Part shown: positions 1-7,465 of the stretch, in pieces
Position numbering within the stretch: the first letter of the stretch is position 1
Layout: the number at the start of each line of letters is the position of its first letter
Assembly (NCBI GenBank): GCA_031372565.1
Contig: JANMLN010000019.1
Coordinates: forward strand, 1-33,881
DNA length: 33,881 nucleotides
Reading direction: 5' to 3'
From: Gemmatimonadota bacterium
GTDB lineage: Bacteria; Gemmatimonadota; Gemmatimonadetes; Gemmatimonadales; Gemmatimonadaceae
The notes under the pieces: model-generated
The model's database searches: none
Told to the model about the DNA's origin: nothing
Seen by the model: only the letters and a program-made list of their open reading frames with translations
Translations under genes and position numbers: made by a program

Positions 1-1
1 C

Positions 2-418
2 GTGATGGGACTGCTTCTCGGGGCCAGCGCCGCCCTCACGGTGTGGGCGCTGGCGCCCGGCGCGACCCCCGGGGCCGCGCGCGCGCTCCCGCGCGGGACC
101 GTGCTCGCCGTGTCCGACCTGCGCGCCGACTCGGCGGCGCAGGCGGAGCGCCTCGCCGGGTGGGAAGTGCGCCGTCTCCTCAAGGAGGGCGAGCCGGTGA
201 AGGCGCCCGCCATCGCGGCCCCCGCGCTCGTCGCCGCCAACTCGCCGGTCACGCTCGAGGCGATGGTGGCCGGCATTCGCATCACGCGCGCCGTCACCGC
301 GCTCGCGCGCGGCACGATGGGCGATCGCATTTCCGTTCGACTCGACTCCCAGCGCACCATCTCCGCGATCGTCTCCGGACGCGGCACCGTGCGCGTTGCC
401 CAGAGTACCGACCGATGA
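2..418 (+). CDS. flgA: Flagellar P-ring formation chaperone FlgA (C-terminal/SAF part; may be 5'-truncated by the window edge)
   Basis: Motifs AARALPRGTVL, LKEGEPV...PALVAANSPVTL...GIRITRAVTALARGTMGDRISVR...SGRGTVRV are typical of the FlgA C-terminus. Its stop overlaps the flgH ATG (ATGA 415-418). Confidence 0.75.
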   Translation: MMGLLLGASAALTVWALAPGATPGAARALPRGTVLAVSDLRADSAAQAERLAGWEVRRLLKEGEPVKAPAIAAPALVAANSPVTLEAMVAGIRITRAVTALARGTMGDRISVRLDSQRTISAIVSGRGTVRVAQSTDR

Positions 419-1068
419 CCCGCCACACCATCCTCCTCGCCCTCACGCTCGGCGCCGCACCGGCCCTCCTGGCGCAGCAGCCGGTCGAACCTGCGCGCGG
501 ACGCCCCGACAACAAGCCGATCGCCGACTCGCTCTCGCTGCAGCCCGCGTCGCGCATGTCGTGGACGTCCGATCGCATGCGCTTCGGCATCGGCGACATC
601 GTCACCATCCTGGTCGACGAGGCAACGCTCGCGACGGCCAACCTCACCGACAACAACTCCGAGCGTCGCAGCAAGGGACTCGGCCTCAACATCACGCCGC
701 CAGCGAGCCCTGGCGCGCCCTCCGCGGCGATGGATGTCTCGATGTCCTTCGACAACAACGGCGATTCCCGCAAGAGCGGCGAGGCAGTGCGCAAGAACGC
801 GTTCCGCACGCAGGTCTCGGCGCGCGTCGTCGCCATCTCGCCGACCGGCATGTTGCAGGTCAAGGGCAAGAAGACCGTGAACGTGGACAAGAACGAGCAG
901 GACGTGACGATCAGCGGCTGGATTCGCCCGCAGGATGTCAATCCGGGTACCAACGCGGTGATGTCGTCCCGTCTTGCGGACGCCGACGTGCAGTACGCGC
1001 AGAAGGGTGACCTCGGCAAGCCACGCAGCGGACTCCTGTCGCGCATGTTGGGGGCGCTCTGGCCGTGA
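415..1068 (+). CDS. flgH: Flagellar L-ring protein FlgH
   Basis: SDRMRFGIGDIVTILVDE, VSARVVAISPTGMLQVKGKKTVNVD, ISGWIRPQDV...VMSSRLADA and the C-terminal LWP match FlgH. Start set at ATG 415, followed by a signal peptide; lies between flgA and flgI. Confidence 0.92.
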   Translation: MTRHTILLALTLGAAPALLAQQPVEPARGRPDNKPIADSLSLQPASRMSWTSDRMRFGIGDIVTILVDEATLATANLTDNNSERRSKGLGLNITPPASPGAPSAAMDVSMSFDNNGDSRKSGEAVRKNAFRTQVSARVVAISPTGMLQVKGKKTVNVDKNEQDVTISGWIRPQDVNPGTNAVMSSRLADADVQYAQKGDLGKPRSGLLSRMLGALWP

Positions 1069-2126
1069 GCCGTCGCGAATCGATGGGCACGCTGTTGGGG
1101 GCCGCCGTCCTCGCCGCACTCATGGCCCTGCTCCTGGCAGCGCCGGCGGGCGCGCAGGAAGCGCGCATCCGTGATCTCGTGCTCAATGATGTCGCGCCGC
1201 CGGTGCGCCTCATGGGATACGGTCTTGTCACCGGACTGTCCGGCACGGGCGACCGCGTCACCGGCGCGATGGGATCGCGCCAGACGGTGCAATCCGTCGT
1301 GAACCTCCTGCGTCGATTCGATATCGAAGTCCCCGCCGAGATGCTCCGTACGCGCAACGTCGCGGCGGTGCTCGTCACGGCCGAAGTGAATCCCTATCTG
1401 CGTCCGGGCGGACGCTTCGAGGTCCGCACGAGCTCGATCGGCGATGCGCAGTCGCTGCATGGGGGTGTCCTCTGGATGACGCCCCTCGTCACGGAAGCGG
1501 GTGGACGACCCGTGGCTGGTGCCCAGGGGGCCCTCGTCACGACGGTGGACCGCGTCGCCCGCTTCACCTCGGCCGGCAGCACCACGGCACGGTTGCCCGA
1601 TGGTGGTGTGCTGGAAACAGAACTCCCTCGCCCGACCGGTACGGCGCAGCTGCGCCTCCTCCTGCGCGAGCCCGACCTCTCCGTGGCATCGCGCATTGCC
1701 GCCGTGGTCGACTCGCTCGCCGGCGGTCCTGGCAATGCGGAGGTCGAGGATCCGGGTTCGGTGCGGCTCATTCTCAAGGACACGCTGCCGTCGCTCGCGG
1801 CCGCGGTCGCTCGCGTGCGGGAGTTCAAGATCAGGTTGCCGCGTTCGAACCGCGTCATCATCGATGGGCGTGACGGGACCGTGGTCGCTGGTGGCGACTT
1901 GCAGGTCGGGTCCGCCGTCGTCTCGCACGCCGGCATCACGCTCTCGATCGGTGGGGCTGCCGACTCGACGGCGGCCAAGGGCGATGTGCGCCTCGCGCTT
2001 GGCGCCACCGTCCAGCAGATCGCGGCCGCGTTGCACGCCGTGTCGAGCTCCGGCACCGAAGTCGCCAGCATCTTCGAGGCGCTGCGCGCCGTCGGGGCCC
2101 TGGCCGCCGATGTGGTGGTGCGGTGA
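1065..2126 (+). CDS. flgI: Flagellar P-ring protein FlgI
   Basis: RIRDL, LMGYGLVTGLSGTGD, TRNVAAVLVTA, SSIGDAQSLHGGVL, RVIIDGRDGTVVAG, ALRAVGALAA. GTG overlaps the flgH stop; an alternative ATG lies at 1083. Confidence 0.95.
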   Translation: MSRRESMGTLLGAAVLAALMALLLAAPAGAQEARIRDLVLNDVAPPVRLMGYGLVTGLSGTGDRVTGAMGSRQTVQSVVNLLRRFDIEVPAEMLRTRNVAAVLVTAEVNPYLRPGGRFEVRTSSIGDAQSLHGGVLWMTPLVTEAGGRPVAGAQGALVTTVDRVARFTSAGSTTARLPDGGVLETELPRPTGTAQLRLLLREPDLSVASRIAAVVDSLAGGPGNAEVEDPGSVRLILKDTLPSLAAAVARVREFKIRLPRSNRVIIDGRDGTVVAGGDLQVGSAVVSHAGITLSIGGAADSTAAKGDVRLALGATVQQIAAALHAVSSSGTEVASIFEALRAVGALAADVVVR

Positions 2127-2458
2127 CCGCGCCACTCGCGCCCATGGCCACCGCCCTGCCATCGGCAGGTGGCAAGGCCGATCCCGACAAGCTCCTCGCC
2201 ACGGCGAAGCAGCTCGAAGCGATGTTCGTGCGCCAGCTCTTCCAGGCGATGCGCGCGACGGTCGCGGATGATGGCGTGATGTCCGGTGGCTCGGCGGGCG
2301 AGACGTTCCAGCAGCTGTTCGACGAACACATCGCGGATCAGGCGCCGTCGCAGTGGACCCACGGTCTCGCTGAGGCGGTGGCTCGCCAGTTTGCTCGCGC
2401 CGGCATGGTGGCCGACGCATCCCCCGCGCGGCCTGCCGCGCCGACCGAGAACCGCTAG
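2123..2458 (+). CDS. flgJ: Single-domain FlgJ-like rod-binding protein
   Basis: KLLATAKQLEAMFVRQLFQAMRATV...FQQLFDEHIA...GLAEAVARQF matches the Rod-binding domain; directly follows flgI (GTGA overlap). Confidence 0.8.
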   Translation: MTAPLAPMATALPSAGGKADPDKLLATAKQLEAMFVRQLFQAMRATVADDGVMSGGSAGETFQQLFDEHIADQAPSQWTHGLAEAVARQFARAGMVADASPARPAAPTENR

Positions 2459-2461
2459 CCG

Positions 2462-3046
2462 ATGCACGCTGACTACGCGTCCCGCCTCGGGCTTCCCGCC
2501 CGCACTGGCCCCCCGTCGCAGGCGCTCGTCCCCGTGGCCGGCCTCCCGCCGGTCATCCGGACGATGCGGCCCACGCCGGTCGCGCACACGCAGGGATCCG
2601 CCACCGCGCTGGTCGACGCCCTGCGCGACGAGTCCCGACTGCTCGAGTCGCTGGCCGCGATCATGCGCGCGCAGCGCGATGCGGTGGGCACGGACGACAT
2701 CGATGCCGTCGACCAGAGCGTGTTTGCCACGCATCGCGTGCTCGTCAACCTCAACGAGGCGCGCCGTCGTCGGCGCCAGCTCAACTCGCTACTCGGCGAG
2801 AGCGACGACCTGAGCGTGCCCGCGCTCGAGGACTTCTTTGGTGGCGAGCCGCCAGCCGATGTCCGTCAGGCGGCGGATCAGCTGGCCGATGCCGGGCGGG
2901 CGCTGCAGCGCGAGGTCGAGATCAACCGGCGCGTGCTGCGCCAGGCCATCGAGCGCGGCGATCGCCACGTGCGGACGCTCGCCGGTGCCGGTCCCGAGGC
3001 CACGGCGCCGCGCACGGGTGGTGCACTCATCGACCGGAGAATCTGA
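2462..3046 (+). CDS. FlgN-like flagellar export chaperone
   Basis: Helical protein (LVDALRDESRLLESL...QRDAV...LQREVEINRRVLRQAIE) in the canonical flgN position upstream of flgK, ending GALIDRRI. The start is uncertain because of a Pro-rich N-terminal extension. Confidence 0.65.
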   Translation: MHADYASRLGLPARTGPPSQALVPVAGLPPVIRTMRPTPVAHTQGSATALVDALRDESRLLESLAAIMRAQRDAVGTDDIDAVDQSVFATHRVLVNLNEARRRRRQLNSLLGESDDLSVPALEDFFGGEPPADVRQAADQLADAGRALQREVEINRRVLRQAIERGDRHVRTLAGAGPEATAPRTGGALIDRRI

Positions 3047-4458
3047 TGAGCATCGGATCACTGTTGAGCATCGCGCGGACGGCGATGCAGGTGCAGCAGG
3101 CGGCCGTGTCGGTGGCCGGCCACAACATCGCCAACGCGCAGACGGCGGGATACTCGCGGCAGTCCGTCAACACGGTGGCGCGCGTGGCCCAGCAGCGCCC
3201 CGACGGCGCGATCGGCACGGGGGTGATGATCAACGGCGTGCTGCGTGCGCGCGATGTGCTCCTCGATGCACAGGTCCGCACGTCGTCGTCGCCCGCGGCA
3301 GGTGCCGGGGCACGTCGCGATCTCCTCACGTCCATCGAGGGGGTGCTGGGCTCCACGGGCGAGCACTCGCTCGGCGGCGTGCTCGACCAGTTCTACAGTG
3401 CGTGGAGCGAGCTCGCGTCCAATCCGGCCAGCACGGCGGCCAAGGCCAACGTGCGGGAACGCGGCGCCGCGCTGGCGTCGGCGTTCAACGGCATCGCCGG
3501 ACGCCTCGACGTGACGGCCACCTCGGCTGCGGAGTCGGCGCGTGCACAGATCGAGCGGGTCAACAGCCTGGCCCGCCAGATCGGCGAGTTGAATGTGCAG
3601 ATCATCGCGGGAGATTCGATCAGCGGGTCGGCCAACGACCTCAAGGATGACCGCGACCGGATGATCGACCAGCTCGCGTCGATCGTGAACGTGACGGTCA
3701 TGGATCGCACCAACGGGTCGGCCGCCGTGTATGTCGGCGGCATTGCCCTCGTCGACGGGTCCGATGCCCGCCAGATGGGGTTGTTGACCGGCCCCACCTT
3801 TCAGGTGACGATCGCGGGCAGCCCCGACGCGATGCGCATTCCCGACGGCACGCTGGGCCGCACGATGCAGGTCATCAACAGCGACATCCCCGCAGTCGAG
3901 GCGTCCCTGGATGCGCTGGCGGCTGGACTCGTGCGCGACGTCAACGCGCTGCACGTCACGGGCTGGTCGCCGACGGCCGGATCCGCCGGCAACTGGAATC
4001 CCGCGCTCGGCCCCACCGGCAGCGGGATCACCTTCTTCGATGCGACGAGCGCCAGCAACCTGACGGCACGAGGGATCATGCTCTCGGCGGCGGTCACCGC
4101 ATCGGCCAATGCCGTGGCGTCGAGCGATGCGCTCAACGCCCCCGGCAACAACGTGGTCGCGCTGGCAATCTCCGATCAGCGGCGCGTCTCGCCGGGCGCC
4201 GTGGGTGGCAACTTCGGCACCGACCTGCGCACCCTCGTGCAGGATGTGGCCGTGAAGGCGCGCGACGCCGATGATGAGGCGACCGTGCAGGATATCCTGA
4301 TGCGGCAGGCGATGGAGCGCCGCAGCGCGGCCACGGCCGTGAGCACCGATGAGGAGCTCACCAACCTGATGAAGGCACAGCAGGCCTACATCGCGGCCTC
4401 GAAGCTGGTGAACGTGGCCGACGAGTTGGCGCAGTCCGTCCTCGGCATGATCCGGTAA
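3046..4458 (+). CDS. flgK: Flagellar hook-associated protein FlgK
   Basis: GHNIANAQTAGYSRQ, IGTGV, FYSAWSELASNP, ANDLKDDRDRMIDQLA, VSTDEELTNLMKAQQAYIAASKL. Confidence 0.95.
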   Translation: MSIGSLLSIARTAMQVQQAAVSVAGHNIANAQTAGYSRQSVNTVARVAQQRPDGAIGTGVMINGVLRARDVLLDAQVRTSSSPAAGAGARRDLLTSIEGVLGSTGEHSLGGVLDQFYSAWSELASNPASTAAKANVRERGAALASAFNGIAGRLDVTATSAAESARAQIERVNSLARQIGELNVQIIAGDSISGSANDLKDDRDRMIDQLASIVNVTVMDRTNGSAAVYVGGIALVDGSDARQMGLLTGPTFQVTIAGSPDAMRIPDGTLGRTMQVINSDIPAVEASLDALAAGLVRDVNALHVTGWSPTAGSAGNWNPALGPTGSGITFFDATSASNLTARGIMLSAAVTASANAVASSDALNAPGNNVVALAISDQRRVSPGAVGGNFGTDLRTLVQDVAVKARDADDEATVQDILMRQAMERRSAATAVSTDEELTNLMKAQQAYIAASKLVNVADELAQSVLGMIR

Positions 4459-4463
4459 CGCAC

Positions 4464-4700
4464 ATGTTGATTCTGACCCGTCAGGCCGGCGAGGCCATCA
4501 CGATCGGCGAAGGGGTACGTATCGTCGTGCTCGGCGTCGATCGGCGTGGTGTGCGCATCGGCATCGAAGCGCCGAGCTCCGTGCGCATCCTGCGCGCCGA
4601 GATCGTGACCGAGATTGAAGCGGAGAACCGCCGTGCGGCCGAAACGCCCGAGGCGTGGAGCGCGCTCGTCCCGATTCAGCCGAAGGCACGCGCCGGTTGA
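4464..4700 (+). CDS. csrA: Carbon storage regulator CsrA (flagellar type with C-terminal extension)
   Basis: MLILTRQAGEAITIGEGVRIVVLGV...VRIGIEAPSSVRILRAEI; Arg44 and Asn55 are present. Confidence 0.93.
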   Translation: MLILTRQAGEAITIGEGVRIVVLGVDRRGVRIGIEAPSSVRILRAEIVTEIEAENRRAAETPEAWSALVPIQPKARAG

Positions 4701-4704
4701 CGGT

Positions 4705-5370
4705 TCAGACGCGTGCCCGGCGCGCGGCCGCAAGATCGGGGAGCGCGAGCACGAGACCCCAGGCCGGCGCGTCGAGCGCTTCGAGTGTGGCGCCCGGCAG
4801 GAGGAGGGCCACCGCATCGGCCACCGGCCCCGCGGTGGGAGCCGGGCCGGTGGCGTGCACCGCCGCAATGGCCGTCATGACGCGGTCGCCGGCGGCAAAG
4901 ACCCGCACGTTGATCGCACCGTCGTCGCCGGCCTCGAGCGCTTCCTCGCCGGCCGCGTGCAACACCAGCGCGAGTGCCTGCACCAGCGCATTCAGGCGCG
5001 CGAGCACCGGCGGTGTCTCGCTCGAGACCTCGATGTGCAGGGGGACCGTGCGCAGGTCGAGGTGTGCGGCGATCAGGTCGGCGGCATCCGGCAGCGCGTC
5101 ACCGACGCGCACGGGCTCTTCGCGACCATCGGCCGCGAGCGGCAGCATCCGATACAGCCGCAGGAGGCGTTCGAGCTGCGCGACCTCGGTCACCAATGCG
5201 GCCAGGTGGTCGGGGTCGAGCTCCTCGCCCGCCTCGACGAATGCGCCGTAACTCGACAGCGCGCTCACCCGGTTCGACAGGGTGTGATTGAGTCCCCGCA
5301 GCAGGCCATCGGCAACAGGCTGCCACGCGCCGGTGACGGCGGAGGACACGGGGGTGTGGGTAGTACTCAT
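4705..5370 (-). CDS. Histidine-kinase-like protein with H-box but degenerate ATPase domain (putative phosphotransferase)
   Basis: H-box-like LLRGLNHTLSNRVSAL followed by a HATPase-like scaffold (PPVLARLNALVQALALVLHAA...GAINVRV...LVLALP) without N/G1/G2 signature residues. Start at ATG 5370 or GTG 5382. Confidence 0.55.
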   Translation of the reverse strand: MSTTHTPVSSAVTGAWQPVADGLLRGLNHTLSNRVSALSSYGAFVEAGEELDPDHLAALVTEVAQLERLLRLYRMLPLAADGREEPVRVGDALPDAADLIAAHLDLRTVPLHIEVSSETPPVLARLNALVQALALVLHAAGEEALEAGDDGAINVRVFAAGDRVMTAIAAVHATGPAPTAGPVADAVALLLPGATLEALDAPAWGLVLALPDLAAARRARV

Positions 5371-5385
5371 GCGGTGTCGCACCCT

Positions 5386-5414
5386 TCGAGTTTCGGACGA
5401 CGCCAGCCGATACT
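5386..5414 (+). promoter_or_regulatory. Putative sigma28 (FliA) promoter for motAB
   Basis: TCGAGTTT-N12-GCCGATACT, 52 nt upstream of the motA GTG; resembles the sigma28 consensus TAAAGTTT-N11-GCCGATAA. Confidence 0.6.
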
Positions 5415-5466
5415 TGCGTGTGAGCCCACTTCGGGTTCAACCACCCCAGCTACCGGGATTCTCCGC

Positions 5467-6324
5467 GTGTTCCTGATCATCGGCCTCGTCGTCGTCTTCG
5501 GAAGTATCGCAGCCGGCTACGTCATGCACCATGGGCAGCTGGGCGTCCTGATTCAGGTGAACGAGTTCATCATCATCGGCGGCGCCGGTCTGGGCTCGAT
5601 GGTGGTCGGCAACCCGCCGGGCGTGATCAAGCGGGTCTTCACCGGGTGTATCGGCCTGCTGAAGCCCGATCCGTTCGGACGCAAGGCGTACGAGGAGCTG
5701 CTCCAGGTCCTGTACCAGATCCTGCAGAAGGCGCGCAAGGACGGCCTGGTCGGCATCGAGCCCCACATCGAGGATCCCGAGAAGTCCGACATCTTCAAGA
5801 AGTTTCCCGGCTTTCTCCACCATCATCACGCGGTGTCGCTGCTCTGCGATACCATGAAGGTGTTGCTCACGGGAACGGTCGAAGACCATCATCTCGCTGA
5901 GGTGATCGACACGGACCTCGAACAGCAACATCATGAGGCGCTCTCCGGCCCGAACGCCCTGATGAAGGTGGGCGACGCGATGCCGGGCTTCGGCATCGTC
6001 GCTGCCGTGCTCGGCGTCATCATCACGATGGGCTCGATCGGCGGCGCCGCGAGCGAGATCGGCGAAAAGGTGGCGGCGGCACTGGTCGGAACCTTCGTCG
6101 GCATCCTGCTCTCGTACGGCGTGCTCGGCCCGATGTCCGCCTCGATGGAAGCGCGTGTCGGCGCGGAGCATGCGTATCTGCTCTGCATCAAGGCGGCGCT
6201 CCTGGCCTTCGCCCGCGGCGACTCGCCCATGTCGGCGGTCGAGTTCGCGCGCCGCAACATCGCCCCGGAGTTCCGTCCCTCGTTCGCCGAGCTCGAGAAG
6301 CTGACGAAGAAGGAAGGACCGTAA
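5467..6324 (+). CDS. motA: Flagellar stator protein MotA
   Basis: GTG start giving MFLIIGLVVVFGSIAAGYVMHHG; EFIIIGGA, KARKDGLVGIEPHIEDP, GDAMPGFGIVAAVLG, AAALVGTFVGILLSYG, AVEFARR...RPSFAELE. Confidence 0.95.
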   Translation: MFLIIGLVVVFGSIAAGYVMHHGQLGVLIQVNEFIIIGGAGLGSMVVGNPPGVIKRVFTGCIGLLKPDPFGRKAYEELLQVLYQILQKARKDGLVGIEPHIEDPEKSDIFKKFPGFLHHHHAVSLLCDTMKVLLTGTVEDHHLAEVIDTDLEQQHHEALSGPNALMKVGDAMPGFGIVAAVLGVIITMGSIGGAASEIGEKVAAALVGTFVGILLSYGVLGPMSASMEARVGAEHAYLLCIKAALLAFARGDSPMSAVEFARRNIAPEFRPSFAELEKLTKKEGP

Positions 6325-6325
6325 C

Positions 6326-7147
6326 ATGGGCGGCAAGAATGATCGCCCCCTGGTGATCGTCAAGAAGATCAAGAAGGCGGGCCACGCGCATCATGGCGGC
6401 TCGTGGAAGGTCGCGTACGCGGACTTCGTCACAGCCATGATGGCGTTCTTCATGGTCATGTGGATTCTCGGAATGGACGACAACACCCGGAAGGCGGTCG
6501 AGGGCTACTTCTCGAATCCGACCGGCTTCAAGAAGGGCTACGGGTCCGGTTCGAGTCCGCTGGCCAACGGTAGCTCGCCGATGCCGCACTCGGACAACCA
6601 GATCAAGCTCATCATGCACAAGGCCGAGGAGAAGGCCATGGCCGGCGCGGGCGAGCGGATCAAGTCCCGACTCGACTCCGCGAAGGTGATGCTGGGCAAG
6701 GCGAAGGTGGAAGTCGTGCTCGGCGAGAATGGCCTGCGCATCGAGCTCATCGAAACCGACAACGGCGACCAGCTGTTCGTGCGCGGTGCCGCCGAAATGA
6801 CGGCGGCCGCGCGATCGGCGATCAGCATCATCGGCGCGGAGCTGCGTGGCTTGCGCAGCCCGGTCGCAGTCGAGGGGCACACGGACGCGGTCAAGTACAG
6901 CGCGGGCGCGCGCTACACCAACTGGGAGCTCTCGGCCGACCGGGCGAACGCCGCTCGTCGGTTGCTTGAAGAGACCGGCGTGGATGGCGGCCGGATCAAC
7001 GAGGTGCGCGGCTACGCCGACACTCGGCTTCGCAACACGCTCAACCCGTTGGCCAACGAGAACCGGCGGATCTCGATCCTGCTGCAGTTCGCGCAACCGC
7101 GCACCGACACGCTCACGGTGGCCAGGGCGGCGACGCCGGCGTCCTGA
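6326..7147 (+). CDS. motB: Flagellar stator protein MotB
   Basis: HHGGSWKVAYADFVTAMMAFFMVMWI (catalytic Asp) and an OmpA-like domain VEGHTD...NWELSADRANAARR...NRRISI. Confidence 0.95.
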   Translation: MGGKNDRPLVIVKKIKKAGHAHHGGSWKVAYADFVTAMMAFFMVMWILGMDDNTRKAVEGYFSNPTGFKKGYGSGSSPLANGSSPMPHSDNQIKLIMHKAEEKAMAGAGERIKSRLDSAKVMLGKAKVEVVLGENGLRIELIETDNGDQLFVRGAAEMTAAARSAISIIGAELRGLRSPVAVEGHTDAVKYSAGARYTNWELSADRANAARRLLEETGVDGGRINEVRGYADTRLRNTLNPLANENRRISILLQFAQPRTDTLTVARAATPAS

Positions 7148-7213
7148 TTGTTGTCCTGAGCGCGTGGTCGTCCTGAGCGCTTGGTCGTCCTGAGCGCAGC
7201 GAAGGACCTGCTT
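7148..7213 (+). repeat. REP-like cluster 1a: two truncated 17-bp-period units plus one full 30-bp unit GTCGTCCTGAGCGCAGCGAAGGACCTGCTT (7184-7213)
   Basis: GTCCTGAGCGC occurs at 7153, 7170 and 7187; the full unit has an internal palindrome GTCCT...AGGAC. Confidence 0.9.
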
Positions 7214-7305
7214 TTTACAGTACATCTCGTTGCTCAACACCCCTCCCGGCGCGTCGTCACCAACGCCCCAGGTCCGAAGCCCGGCACTGCACATCCAGAC
7301 GCACG

Positions 7306-7336
7306 GAGAGCCCGCCGGATGTTCCGGCGGGCTCTC
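7306..7336. terminator. Perfect 14-bp GC-rich hairpin between convergent motB and EAL-HDOD genes (possible bidirectional terminator or stabiliser)
   Basis: GAGAGCCCGCCGGA-TGT-TCCGGCGGGCTCTC. There is no adjacent U-tract, so terminator function is uncertain. Confidence 0.45.
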
Positions 7337-7394
7337 GCGTGATGTTGACCGTGTCGGCTGAGGCGGCATCGAGTCCGATAGCCAAGCGCGGGAG

Positions 7395-7463
7395 AAGCAG
7401 GTCCTTCGCTGCGCTCAGGACGACAGGCTTTAGAAGCAGGTCCTTCGCTGCGCTCAGGACGAC
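7395..7463 (-). repeat. REP-like cluster 1b: two inverted full 30-bp units (7395-7424, 7434-7463)
   Basis: AAGCAGGTCCTTCGCTGCGCTCAGGACGAC appears twice and is the exact reverse complement of 7184-7213. Confidence 0.92.
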
Positions 7464-7465
7464 GG

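Noticed and set aside
294..2420. 708-aa minus-strand ORF and many other long antisense or alternate-frame ORFs (e.g. 1394-2734, 9354-10826, 21461-23098, 28330-30003)
   Set aside because: They are Arg/Pro/Ala-rich shadows of well-supported genes, expected in high-GC DNA with few stop codons, and show no recognisable motifs.
2458..2465. GCCGATGC as a sigma28 -10 for the flgN-like gene
   Set aside because: It overlaps the preceding stop and the ATG itself, and has no matching -35 element.
4615..5466. Apparent 284-aa N-terminal extension or fusion on MotA
   Set aside because: It is the antisense shadow of the kinase-like gene. MotA homology starts at GTG 5467, and a sigma28-like promoter lies just upstream.
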